64,000 nucleotides of DNA from positions 1,913,469 through 1,977,468 of the forward strand of contig NMRA01000006.1 in NCBI GenBank assembly GCA_002633005.1, given 5' to 3'. Every line of letters starts with the position of its first letter. Position 1 is the stretch's first letter. This document shows, piece after piece, positions 50,966-64,000 of this stretch. The DNA comes from Phoronis australis. Lineage: Eukaryota > Animalia > Phoronida. The translations under genes and the position numbers were made by a program. Under the pieces are notes generated by a model, which searched no databases, was not told where the DNA came from, and saw only the letters and a program-made list of their open reading frames with translations.

Positions 50966-52609
50966 AAAGGTGACGTTTTCGCGTGACTTCCGAATGATGG
51001 CTGCTGTCGCACGTCATTCACAATGAAAACTCATGTTGTTCCAGGAAGACAGAGTGAACCACGACCGAAAGCACAACCTGAGCAAATCAGACAGAGATTT
51101 TTTAATGAAGGCAGTCAAGCAATGCAGGGATGTCACGCCAACTATCATCTTTAATTAATGGATAAATTTAGACACATAATGGTCAGAAACTAACTAACAC
51201 AATCCCACGTCAGAGGTTAAGGGGCCAATGACCAGTACAATGCTAGTTTTCAGGTAGCCAATACACGAGCACTGACTGGAAACAGTTTGGTAATAACAAG
51301 GTCTGTGTTTTAACAGGTCTTCAGTTTGTCTACATCCGTTTAAGGAAGAGTGATGACGCATCACTCAACCAATTCTTCTCTTTGGACATGAATTTACAAT
51401 TGTTCAACTTGGCTATGTTGTCAACTCGTCAGTTTTTCAGAAAATCCACAGTGACTGCAAAACGTGCAGTTTTTTACTACACAACACCCGTTACTGAAAA
51501 AGTGAACGCACGTTTAACTAATTTCACCAGGTTTGAAAAATGAATGAGTAATGACAAATTGAAAGTGAATGCAATTTTATACCAGGACAACGCAAAGTGA
51601 TGTACAAACTTAAAACACAAAAATTTGACTGCCTAATACTTTTAACACAATCATCTGACATTTTGTTTCGAAAACATGGTAATTTGATCGTGCTAACCCG
51701 AGTACATAATTTCGATGATAAATCCTCTTCAAAAACAGACAAAGGACATTTGAACAAAAATGACATGATCCCTGGCTAGAAGACTATAAACTACCAGGTA
51801 AATTTAACTGGTCATCCTTTGAAATATTGAAATATCATTAGCTAATTGAACCAAGTAAGCATCAAAAAAGCTGATGTTGAGCTCGACCAAACAAGTTATA
51901 AATCACATCATTGCTCACAGAGTTAAACATAAGTATTAATTACCAACCACAACTGTAAGAATCTCCACTTATTACCTCCAAAAATAATGGAAACTTTACC
52001 GAATCTTGTAGTAGAACATCTACACACAGCAAGCAATGCCGACAGCAAATTAAAATTTCTTAAAACCTTACTCTAGTGGAGAAATTTGACAAAATAGAAT
52101 TTCACTCATCGGTCATATTGCGTGCTAAATTGGTGAAGATTTACCAGTACATGCCCTCACCTAGGTAAGACTTTATTTTTATAAAGTGCTTCCATATGGG
52201 TAATTTCAAATCTGGGGTTCTAAGTCAAGCATTGCTTAATTGTCGGTAATTAGGCTAGAGCACATTACAATACTCCTGGCACTTGCATCAATCCTGATTA
52301 CCAATAAAGATGCAACAAAATTGCCAATTAACAAATGCAAGAGTCAACGTCACCAATTAACAAACCAGCCAACAGTTATTTTTCAAATATTGACCTAACT
52401 GTATGGTAAAGTTTTTTCACATTCAAACAAAAATGTAGCCAAAATTGATTTTTTATTCTTCAGACGCTCACTGTATTGCAAGAAATGTACAAAATTTCAT
52501 CGAGTTGTTGTTGAGGTCACAGCCGTATGATACAAAGTTTTCAAATAACCAAAAAAAAATTGTATTCTTGTTTACTCTTGTTGAAAATTTTGATAAAAAC
52601 ATAATTTCA

Positions 52610-52674
52610 GTTCCAACCGGGAATCGAACCACAGGTCTCTAGATTGCTGGTCTAGTGCTCTTATGAGCCTATAC
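52610..52674 (-). pseudogene. tRNA-like/SINE head fragment (duplicated at ~59032-59096)
   Basis: Minus strand has an anticodon-like arm ctaga-ccagcaa-tctag and a B box ggttcgattcc; D arm and acceptor stem are degenerate. Confidence 0.45.
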
Positions 52675-52746
52675 TGATGTCTGTGAAGTTACTAGTTGCA
52701 GCCAACTGTTATGTCATCCATACCATCAGCGGCATTTCACCCTTAA

Positions 52747-53153
52747 AGGCGAAGGCAACCCTTTTCCATGTCATTTTGAGCTAAAATAAGGTTGGTTGGT
52801 TATCCTAGACATATTTTTCACTTAATTACAGTAATTTTATTAATTACTCGTCCGCTTTTCCGGAAGTGACGTTTTAGGAGGCAAGCGCTTCCCGCCATTT
52901 GGTTTTGCGTTGAGCTTACTGTGCGAATCTGTTCTATTCTACTTTTGTTTTGTGCTATTTTTCACCAATTGTCGCCACCACTTTCCATCGGCGAGTATTC
53001 TGCGGCAATATAGGTTAGTAGAGAACTCAACTGCGTTGGATTTAGGGATTGTTTAGTGTGTTGTAAGCTGAAAATGGCTGGAGTCGGTGACCCGTATCAC
53101 AGTGACAGTAGTGTGAGTGACGGAGACCTTGTTCACAGCAGTGGTGACGAGGA
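52747..53153 (+). mobile_element. Left end of a TTAA-target DNA transposon (Kolobok-like), truncated by the gap
   Basis: Similarity to copy B stops at ttaa|aggcgaagg. An internal CpG-rich promoter-like stretch (CCGGAAGT, CGCCATTT) is followed by an acidic ORF start MAGVGDPYHSDSSVSDGDLVHSSGDE running into the Ns. Confidence 0.5.
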
Positions 53154-53685
53154 NNNNNNNNNNNNNNNNNNNNNNNNNNNNNNNNNNNNNNNNNNNNNNN
53201 NNNNNNNNNNNNNNNNNNNNNNNNNNNNNNNNNNNNNNNNNNNNNNNNNNNNNNNNNNNNNNNNNNNNNNNNNNNNNNNNNNNNNNNNNNNNNNNNNNNN
53301 NNNNNNNNNNNNNNNNNNNNNNNNNNNNNNNNNNNNNNNNNNNNNNNNNNNNNNNNNNNNNNNNNNNNNNNNNNNNNNNNNNNNNNNNNNNNNNNNNNNN
53401 NNNNNNNNNNNNNNNNNNNNNNNNNNNNNNNNNNNNNNNNNNNNNNNNNNNNNNNNNNNNNNNNNNNNNNNNNNNNNNNNNNNNNNNNNNNNNNNNNNNN
53501 NNNNNNNNNNNNNNNNNNNNNNNNNNNNNNNNNNNNNNNNNNNNNNNNNNNNNNNNNNNNNNNNNNNNNNNNNNNNNNNNNNNNNNNNNNNNNNNNNNNN
53601 NNNNNNNNNNNNNNNNNNNNNNNNNNNNNNNNNNNNNNNNNNNNNNNNNNNNNNNNNNNNNNNNNNNNNNNNNNNNNNNNNNNNN
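53154..53685. other. Assembly gap (532 N)
   Basis: Run of N. Confidence 1.
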
Positions 53686-56600
53686 TTAGGATTCCCGCAA
53701 AGGTCGAATCTGAGGCGCGTGGCGCCAAGCGGGGGGAGGTCGAGAGGGGGGGGTTTCCCTCCACCCGTGTAAGAAAATTTTTTGTTTTTGTAGCCAAACA
53801 GTGAAATTTCCATGCATCCTGGTAAGTTTCTGGCACTTAACATGTCTCTGGAGTTTTTCTTAAGATAATTTAAAACCCTTCTCGATTTCGTCACATGAAC
53901 TTGGCTCAAGAAACTTTCATGAAACCACATTTGTGCACATTTGGGTATGAGTCACGTCACCATCAAAATTTTTTGTTGGAACATCTGCTTACACACACCT
54001 ATTTTAGCATATGAAAAGTGGTGTACGAAAAAGTGTGGTGTGTATACAGGGGTTTAGGAAACTACCAAATATTCAAGAGCACAAGGAGCACCGACGGGGC
54101 GTAAAAACTTGAATATCAGATGATCGCGTAACAGCAGCCTCAAGTTGTTTAAGAACGAAGACCGGTGTCCGGAAATAAACATGTGTTTTGTTTCGTTACG
54201 AGAAAAACCGGCGAATGATGGTGCTCTCAGCTCATAGTCTATTATTAAAAGTGACAATAAACAATTAAGTATCACAGACTTTATTAAACTGAATCACGTT
54301 GACAACAATTGAAAAACGTTAAATGTATCAGGAAGCAAATCATCTGAAAACAGTTTCACGAAACCAAAACGTTCTGTACACCTTGATGAAAAGATATACA
54401 GGACCAGTTCGCAGAGTAACCAGATGTACACTGAGAGTACACAAAAAGGCTGGCCTGGTCCGTCACAAGACCAAAAGTACACCCGTGCTTATTATTCCTA
54501 TAAAAATAGTCGATCTGCTGCGGGACCAAACACAGTTCTAGAAAGCACACTTTGGTAAAAAAACATCACAAAACTATACACAAATCAAGCTGGCCTGGTC
54601 CGTTGCGAGACCTAAAGTATACTATGCAAAATATTTTGAATTGAAAACTTTTCTTTAGACACTTTTTAATCCCCTGTGGTTGCTCATACATGTATTTTAC
54701 ACATCTGGTGGTCAACTGCTGCGAGAGGTTGTCTAGGAAGGGTTTTCGCACCGTTCTGTAGTACTCACTGGAAGAAACAAGTATTGAGAACAAATTTAAC
54801 AACGCACTACGTGAAATAAGATTTTGGATACGAAGCAGATAGAGCCAAGTGGAAATACAAACCAGAATCAGTTTCTGTGTGCTCGTGGACCCTCTGCTGT
54901 ACTGGGAAAATTTGGCATGTCCAAAATAATTTCTATTTTGTTTTCATTGTACACAAGCATAAAAAACCGACATTATATACAAACTGTGTAGAATTATAAC
55001 TTATTACCTGGATGTTTCTCCAGGAACGTTAGTCCTATCCTTCTGTTGTCTAGACTGCCGAGGAATCTGTATATCGGATTCAATGGTTTGCTCATCTTTG
55101 ATGTTTGTTCCCAACGCATGCACTTCATCAACTGCTGTGTCAATGAGCTTGTAAGCATCTACAATGTCAGCATCTCGTTTCGCAGCTCAGTTGGCACTAA
55201 GCGCCCTGAGGTTGCCAAATCCAATCAAAAGACTTACATGCGCAACTAAATTTGATCCGTTCATCATGGACTACTTCAAACCTTGACGATGTATCCCAGG
55301 ACCAATTTGCATCTCTTGCAATTTTTCGAAATAAACGTCCCAATGTCTGAATGCTTGAAACCCGAAGTACTAACATTAAATAAATGTCCATGGGCATGAA
55401 CGTTTCATCAGGTGGGCCTTTTTTGCGGAAATTCCCAGTATAGAAGACGACAGTGGTGCTTATTGCAGGTAGAAAGACGGTAGGTGTTGAGGTCAGAACT
55501 AGGGACCCTTTGGAAACCTATTGAACATCGCATAAGTCCTGCAAGACTTTGTTGCGAAAGTACAGCCTCCCCGCAATTTCTGGTACCGTACACTGTTCGC
55601 GAATGCGATCACTTTGTTAATGTGAGTGCCCCCTTGGTCATTCCTTGTATAGACATAACTTGTTAAAGTGCATCTTCAAACGGACTCGCGACCAGACCAC
55701 GGCGCTCGCCACAATAAGCAAATCTTCAGAAAACAAGTTTTTTTCAAAAATATTACATGTACATGTACACTGTACGATATTGCGCAAGACAACTTTACTA
55801 TACACCAGCTAAATTCGAGTTACAAACGTGTGGAGTGTAATAGCATAACACGGCATGACAGATGAGGTAAAAACATTGCACGTCAATTCGCCTGAATATC
55901 AGGGTTGCGGCACTACAGTATTTCCCTTAATCAAATCAAAACATATCTTAGAGTAAAGAAGCTAATTACATGCCCGCACCCAGCCTTCAATATGGGGGGC
56001 TCGAATTCCTGACTTTGTGGACCTTTTGGTAACAAAAAAGTGGGCGGAATAAAAAAAAAACGGGAGCACCACTGTGGATTGCGCGTTTGCGCATGTTTAA
56101 TGGACTTATGCCTCATTTTCTTGGACTTTTTGTCTCTCAGGGGCAGACCTTTTTGCCCACTTCGCCAAACGGGGGGCTCGTTCAAGCTCCCCAAGCCTCC
56201 CCCTCCTGGGTGTGCGCATGAATTACCTAAAGAAATCAGCTATAGAGCTGCTCTTTCAGCGGTGGATCCCGAATGCTTGGCTACTTCAGAAGTGTCGACG
56301 GAAGCGCGCCCACAATTGATCTCTGCGTGTTTTGCCGATGAGCCACGAAGACTCGAAATGCTTGGATTTTCATAACATCAATTCACAATGCAAAAAATTA
56401 TATTTTCAGAGTGAACCCCCCTCTCAATTTTTTCCAAGTTGGTTTATTTGGGGTTTACACACGCTGGCAGTGCCGTTTTTGTTTTGCTGAAGACGCTTTT
56501 TATTTTATTTTTTGGTCCTGGCCCAGGGGGGGGGGTTAAACCCCCTGAATCCCCCCTGTAGATCCGCCACTGTTGAATGTCAAGCTGGTCCATTCTACCT

Positions 56601-59168
56601 GAGTGAACAAATGACCATACCTGAGCATAATGTTAACTGGTTAGAGGACAAAAATTAGTGATGAAGAAAACCAGTCATTTCAATACCAGGACCCAGCTAT
56701 AAGGAACAATCTTCCAGTAAATTCAAATGAATATCACGATCCGAGTCGCAGCTGAGGAACTGAACCCCATATCCACAACTTGTCAGTATATATTCAGTGA
56801 AACGAGCCTTTGGCTCTTGACAAAACTATTGACTTAACTTGAGGTTACTAGTGTCAAAAATTTCATTGTCAAAGTTCTGCATTACTATAGAAACGATGCA
56901 CAAATAACATCAAAATATTTGTTGGTCCTCGTAACTCATGACACTATAGAAAAGCACACGAAACCTGAAGACCTGGTGTTACAAGATTCAGCGCGACAGC
57001 AAGATTTACCGTGACTCAAGATTTTAAAATAATTCTTCACATACCACAGAAGCACTACGTTTCCCTCATAACCACACTATTTTAACTCCAGAGATTGCAG
57101 TGCATAAAAATTCTAAGGTTAATGACACCGTATACAGTGAACGCAAACCTGCCAAAACTGGACTGAAAAGAACCAATCAAAATAAAACACCACCTTTCTT
57201 ACCTTGCACTCTTCACATTCCTTTGGAGACATTTCCGCTGGAATGTCAACTGTACTTTCCTTAGTCTTTGTCGTAGTTCCATTGGACAGATTCTTGTCGA
57301 CAGTTGCATCTTGACTCTGCATTTCACCACCGTCACCGTCCACAGGGACATCATCGCCGCATGACACCGAGATGGCGCGCAGAGGCATAAAGGTGACGTT
57401 TTCGCGTGACTTCCGAATGATGGCTGCTGTCGCACGTCATTCACAATAAAAACTCATGTTGTTCCAGGAAGACAGAGTGAACCACGACCGAAAGCACAAC
57501 CTGAGCAAATCAGAGATTTTTTAATGAAGGCAGTCAAGCAATGCAGAGATGTCACGCTAACTATCATCTTTAATTAATGGATAAATTTAGACACATAATG
57601 GTCAGAAACTAACTAACACAATCCCACGTCAGAGGTTAAGGGGCCAATGACCAGTACAATGCTAGTTTTCAGGTAGTCAATACACGAGCACTGACTGGAA
57701 ACAGTTTGGTAATAACAAGGTCTGTGTTTTAACGGGTCTTCAGTTTGTCTACATCCGTTTAAGGAAGAGTGATGACGCATCACTCAACCAATTCTTCTCT
57801 TTGGACATGAATTTACAACTGTTCAACTTGGCTATGTTGTCAACTCGTCAGTTTTTCAGAAAATCCACAGTGACTGCAAAACGTGCAGTTTTTTACTACA
57901 CAACACCCGTTACTGAAAAAGTGAACGCACGTTTAACTAATTTCACCAGGTTTGAAAAATGAATGGGTAATGACTACAAATTGAAAGTGAATGCAATTTT
58001 ATACCAGGACAACGCAAAGTGATGTACAAACTTAAAACACAAAAATTTGACTGCCTAATACTTTTAACACAATCATTTTCTGACATTTTGTTTCGAAAAC
58101 ATGGTAATTTGATCGTGCTAACCCGAGTACATAATTTCGATGATAAATCCTCTTCAAAAACAGACAAAGGACATTTGAACAAACCTGACATGATCCCTGA
58201 CTAGAAGACTATAAAATACCTGGTAAATTTAACTGGTCATCCTTTGAAATATTGAAATATCATTAGCTAATTGAACCAAGTAAGCATCAAAAAAGCTGAT
58301 GTTGAGCTCGACCAAACAAGTTCTAAATCACATCATTGCTCACAGAGTTAAACATAAGTATTAATTACCAACAACAACTGTAAGAATCTCCACTTATTAC
58401 CTCCAAAAATAATGGAAACTTTACCGAATCTTGTAGTAGAACATCTACACACAGCAAGCAATGCCGACAGCAAATTAAAATTTCTTAAAACCTTACTCTA
58501 GTGGAGAAATTTGACAAAATAGAATTTCACTCATCGGTCATATTGCGTGCTAAATTGGTGAAGATTTACCTGTACATGCCCTCACCTAGGTAAGACTTTA
58601 TTTTTATAAAGTGCTTCCATATGGGTAATTTCAAATCTGGGGTTCTAAGTCAAGCATTGCTTAATTGTCGGTAATTAGGCTAGAGCACATTACAATACTC
58701 CTGGCACCTGCATCAATCCTGATTACCAATAAAGATGCAACAAAATTGCCAATTAACAAATGCAAGAGTCAACGTCACCAATTAACAAACCAGTCAACAG
58801 TACTTTTCAAATATTGACCTAACTGTATGGTAAAGTTTTCTCACATTCAAACAAAAATGTAGCCCAAATTGATTTTTTTATTCTTCAGATGCTCACTGTA
58901 TTGCAAGAAATGTACAAAATTTCATCGAGTTGTTGTTGAGGTCACAGCCGTATGATACAAAGTTTTCAAATAACCAAAAAAAATTGTTCTTGTTTACTCT
59001 TGTTGAAAATTTTGATAAAAACAAAATTTCAGTTCCAACCGGGAATCGAACCACAGGTCTCTAAATTGCTGGTCTAGTGCTCTTATGAGCCTATACTGAT
59101 GTCTGTGAAGTTACTGTTTGCAGCCAACTGTTATGTCATCCATACCATCAGCGGCATTTCGCCCGTAA
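53686..59168. repeat. ~5.5-kb direct duplication, copy B
   Basis: Starts exactly at the end of the N gap and matches 47310-52746. Confidence 0.97.
57203..57388 (-). CDS. MARCHF8: MARCHF1/8-like first coding exon, copy B (exon starts at 57500)
   Basis: Near-identical copy with intact ATG and splice sites; 2-aa insertion and 3 substitutions relative to copy A. Confidence 0.75.
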
Positions 59169-60159
59169 AGCCTGTCGTCTTCAACGGTAAGACATGTCAA
59201 TTTGGTTCCTACAGTATGTTAAGAGCATCGCTCTGAGCCCACTAGTGCCATAAATTGCCAAATGAAACGAATTGTTAGGCGTATTGACTTGCTTTTGTCT
59301 ACGTCACCGCGAGAATCACCTTTTAATTCAAACAGCTGCGAATAACATCCGCACGCAATGGTGTTCTATTTAGACCCCTATTCAATACAACCTTTTGTTG
59401 TTTGTGCTTGGACCTTGCGGTGACACAACATGGCACGAAAAGGCACCTTCATTTATCATTTGACGGACTTACACTTGCGTGACTGAACTCAAGTTTTCTT
59501 ATTTTACCAAGGCTTCCCTAGGACTATCTGGTTAGCCTAATACATCTAAAATAACAAAATTCCGTTGAAGTTAGGCTTTAAAAGTGCAGGTGTACCTTTG
59601 AAGGTCAATACTTCAAACAGTACAGCATTCTTCAATTTACAATACAAAATGAAATGCTTTTTGCAGTTCTTAACAAAACTGACTAACAAGAAAATTTAAG
59701 GTAATCTCCAACCTTATTCACAAAAATTGGCCGGAATTCGTCAGAGAAATCACTGTCGACGAAATGCCGGCCACAGACACGGAGATGTTTCACGGCCTCA
59801 TACTTGCTATTAACAGCATACCTTTCATTCTTCACTACCGCGAGCCACTTCCTAAGCATTTCGGGCTCTCGAGGAAGTCGAAAAACAATATTCCCGCTTT
59901 CTTTGCAGCTTCATAGTTTGGACAAGCGGGAACCGATGCACCGCAATATAGTGGCATTCACTCTACAGACAAACCACTGACGTCGTTGTGTCACTTCTCA
60001 CCTTCCTCACAGGTTAACGCGACACCTCTCGGCAAGGTGAGGTCGACCGTATAAGAGGCGATGTAGATATAGACCGATTAAAACGGCAAAAAAGACTAAT
60101 TAAATCAGGTGGCATTCTCCTTTAAGGATTGTATAGGTTATGTGTACTGAGAACAAGTT

Positions 60160-60665
60160 TTCACCGAATAATTAACTGAAGACTTTGAGATTTTCACTTG
60201 TCCCAGTTTAATTGTATTTTTCTCGGCTTCGGCAAATTTACTTTATTTGAACTTAGGAACACTAGTTCGCGAAAACGGCTAGATGGATTTCGCTGAAACT
60301 TTCCAAACATAATATTTGGTCATCAGTCTCAAAAACGCCGTTAGGATTTTTGATATAAAGGCCTAGTTTACAAAAATACCTTACGTTTTGCGAGTTGATT
60401 TGTCATAGAAACCAAACGAACAGACTAATCGGTAATTCCTAAAAACGCTTTTGAGGTAACTGGTGAAGTTTTCATTTAAAAAAGGTTTCATTAAAGTCAA
60501 AGGAGGGGTTATTTTGCTATGAACGTACATTTCTTAAAAATGAACTTTCGATTTAAAAAAAGTTTTTACGTAAAAATGATAATGGCACATAAACACAAAA
60601 ACTATATTTATATTTACTGGTTGTTGTTCTTTCAGAAAATATATACTTTTACTAGTTGACAAAGC
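60160..60665. repeat. Dispersed repeat, related to 36020-36870
   Basis: Same blocks in the same order and orientation. Confidence 0.8.
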
Positions 60666-61892
60666 TTATTTTTTTGACATACACTAAATGGAGATGGATA
60701 TAACCTTACCTTATTTTCATATATATTGCAGTTTGTTCTATACAGCCACTAAGCCATCGAAAAATTCTGTGCACTTCAGAAAAAACTTTTGAAGAATGCA
60801 AAATAACTTTGCCAAATATTTCAGTTTGAATTTGAAAGTTGTTGCTGTAAATTATCATATACGAAGGGATTATTGCCAAGGCCCCTTAAATTGCAAACTC
60901 AAAAATAAGAAGTGGAAAAGCATTTACCGGTAAAAAGAATTTTTTTAGAAATCAGGAATGAATGTTTATAGAGACAAACGGTTTGCGTGACTGTTCATTA
61001 AGCGAGTTTCGTCTGTTTTGGGAGCAAAAAATATAAAGGAGTTTTGATCACATAATTTGTAGGCGGCATTAAGCAGAGTATGGGCGTCAACCTGGATGAA
61101 TACGGTAAGTTAAAGACCATTTAGCTGATGTAACAAATTCCAACTACCATATCCACCAAGACTGAAATTCACATGGACTTGTCACATTTGACAAGCACAC
61201 AAAGGCTCCTTATATATGGGATGGCAGCTCCATACTTTATAACCACAGGAAATAATTAAGACTTACTAAAACCAATGCGAGTTTTACTACTATATTGCAC
61301 GGATGCATTGAGAATTCATACCCTCGCCCACATGTGAAGATGCACCTGTATTCGAATTAGGTGCAAGCACCTCAGCTTCACACAACATGGCGTACTTGTG
61401 AAACTTTATTTTCTCATTTTTATAACAAACGTTTAATACCAAGTCCATGCTTTTCCATGTAACATTCTCTACCACAGCTTCTGCCAGATATTTTGAAAAG
61501 TTGTCAGCACAACACTGCCAGGAAGTCTTGAAAATGAAAATGTCAATTTTGACTATTACGCTTCTGCGGGATTGGTGGGAAAACTTAAAAAAAAGTTTAT
61601 GAAGAGTGAAAAACACACAAATAACTACCAGCTTAAGACATTTGGTATCAAGAAATAACGAAGTGCTGGTTCAACCCGAGCCCAAAGATGACTACTAAAG
61701 TGAGAAAGGAACAGAATAAGATCAATTTTATAACAATACACTTTTTTACAGAAAGTACGGATTTAATGCCACTTTAGGTTTCTGGCTGATTTCTAACCAT
61801 CTCTTAAAATGGACCAATTCCAAACACCATGCATTTTGTTCTGGTGAAGGCAGCCAAGCAAAGGAATAACAGTGTCGTAACAGCAAATCTAT

Positions 61893-62405
61893 AGGCCCTT
61901 TCATACTGACTGAACTCCAGTCTGAGCGGAGTGTCGACGTAAACTGCGAAGTTAACTGAACCGTTCATACCGGCTTCGGTAGTTAACAGACATCGAAGCA
62001 AACGATAGGTGACAGTCAGTATTGAAGTAATCGCAAGGTGGCGCTGATGTATCGCGTACATGCTAACATTTTTTTAAAGTGACAATTTGAGAACATTTAC
62101 CAGTGTTAATTGGGGCAACTTATTTCTAATTCAATTGGTGATTATTTCAGCAACATATAAGCAACTATTAGCGACAACACTGCCCTTAGTTGTTGACGAT
62201 AACACTGGCCCCTGGCCATAACTTGGATGGGACCGAAGGTGACCCCTCATATCGCACTGCAGCATCGACACTGTGCTGTTAAATCCAGCTGTTTACCACA
62301 AAGTTAACCGGCGCTGTTAACTTCGATCTTGGACCAAAGTTAACCGTTCATACTGACCGCAACACCCCAAAACATCGACGCGTCGACATTAGTTTGAAAG
62401 GGCCT
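61893..62405. mobile_element. PIF/Harbinger-like MITE
   Basis: TIRs aggccctttcatact / agtttgaaagggcct, 3-bp TSD TAT, internal repeats of ccgttcatac and gttaac. Confidence 0.7.
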
Positions 62406-64000
62406 TATATCATACTTCAAATCGTGCACATAAAATACAAGAATTGGATGATTGTCTTGACAGCAACTGACAATAACCAATAAGGAACAGTGAAGGGGAG
62501 TGCCACACAGTTAATCCACGAAAATAAAATAATCTATTTCATAATACACAATATCATTTTTTAAGTTTCGAGGCTCATGATGAATTTTTGTTCCTTCCCT
62601 GGTCACCCAATCCCAATTTTCATTCATGATCACGGATTTGCGCTAATTTCACAGTTCCGGATAGCCTAAAAGTACAAAATCGCATTGCCCGTAACCTTCA
62701 AACAGTTGGGTTCGTGGATATGAAAAACAGTTGTAGTTTCATCTTCAAACGACAAAAAATTGTTTCAGAGGTTACTTTCAACCCTTCCAGGAAGTGAAGT
62801 ATAAGAATTATGGCGACACGCTGTGATACAAGCTGTAACAAATTGTGAATATTGAACAAAACCAGATATCTATTCTGGTACAAATTTTCTCAATACTGAC
62901 GACAACAGATTCAAAAATACCAGATGACGACATTAACACAGCCTACAGGCATCATTGTATTGCAATAAAGCGGATTTATGAGTATTAGGACTATAAATTC
63001 TCGGATAACAGTATTTACTACAGCAAATTATGCTACCCACAAAGCTAAGAAAAAACAATGCATTGTAATAGTCTGAACAGATTCTTAAAGTACGAAATCG
63101 ATATTCATTTAGGAGCCAACACATGGCATTTAAATTTAGAAACTAATAAAATAAGGGCGCTGATGTTTAAGTTGCATTTCATACAGTTTAGGTGGCTAAA
63201 ACAAAAACCAAATTAGGCATTTTACTCTCATAAAATTAGTCTCGTAATTTTCCTTAACATGATAGGTTTATGTTAGCGTTATCCACAAGAACATCGATGC
63301 ATCAGCGACTCAAAAAAACATTCGAGTTTATTGCAGCAGGCAAACCCTAAAAGTTGTGAACTCGTAAATAATGCATGTGGGCATTGCCTTTGACTTGAGG
63401 TGGTAAAGGCATTGGAATTCTATCCCGATTTTATGAGAATAAAGAGTCTATTTTGATTTTCGTTTTCAGCTAGTTAAACGAGGCGAAACAAAGTTCTAAG
63501 CCAAATATAACAGAACAGGTCCAGTAGGTACTATAAAAGAGAAATTTTCAATGAATTTGTTGATGGGTGCATTGCCAATCGTGAGCATTAAGACAAACAA
63601 ATGCATTTTACACAAACGACTGAGCTTCAGAAGTCTGCCTGCCATGTTACTAATAATCTCCACACACAAATTCTTAAAACATATTGCATGAGTTTACACA
63701 AACAATACATTTTAACAAGACCTACCATACTAAGGACATCAAAGGAGAAATTCTTAAAAATTAATTACATGAGAATACTGTCCAAGTCTGACCAAACTAT
63801 TGTTCAGTAATGTGAATAGTTCCAAAGAACCTTCAGAAGCCAGGTTCCACTTCTGGTGGGCGTGTGGAATGACAATACTCACCTGCACAAAGGCGGTAAT
63901 ATAAGCAGTCTATATATAATCAAATTGGATAACCACACTAACAGTTCATCATTGAGTAACAAAACAAGCAAAAACACAACGTCAAGACAGCACTGACATC

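Larger units (their letters stand above)
47310..52746. repeat. ~5.4-kb direct duplication, copy A
   Basis: Colinear and near-identical (scattered SNPs and small indels) to 53686-59168. Confidence 0.97.

Noticed and set aside
53042-53930. Long 190-265 aa ORFs
   Set aside because: Artifacts of reading through the N gap.

Overview
AT-rich, intron-rich animal genomic DNA from a draft assembly (single Ns plus a 532-N gap); it looks invertebrate but the taxon cannot be fixed from sequence alone. Two convergent spliced genes can be reconstructed. (1) SNU13/NHP2L1 (15.5K K-turn-binding protein), + strand, exons 6470-6472, 6659-6776, 7498-7601, 9006-9039 and 9740-9864, giving 127 aa. (2) A MARCHF1/8-like RING-CH membrane E3 ligase, - strand, coding exons 50965-50786 (or the duplicate 57388-57203), 24772-24461 and 16785-16405, giving about 290 aa. 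A ~5.4-kb block holding the first MARCH coding exon and a decayed intron-containing hAT transposon occurs twice around the N gap; most likely these are two uncollapsed haplotypes, one carrying a TTAA-site insertion. The rest is transposon debris: two fold-back MITEs with CA-termini and 5-bp TSDs (Transib/RAG-like signature), Harbinger-like and TA-target MITEs, a Helentron/DINE-like element with a tandem array of CTCF-like motifs between the two 3' ends, tRNA-derived SINE heads, a nested fold-back and a Spindly/BICD-like coiled-coil pseudogene fragment. The best novel lead is a cryptic stop-containing exon in SNU13 intron 2 bracketed by box C and box D motifs, suggesting K-turn-based splicing autoregulation. 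Almost all ORFs in the supplied track are spurious.
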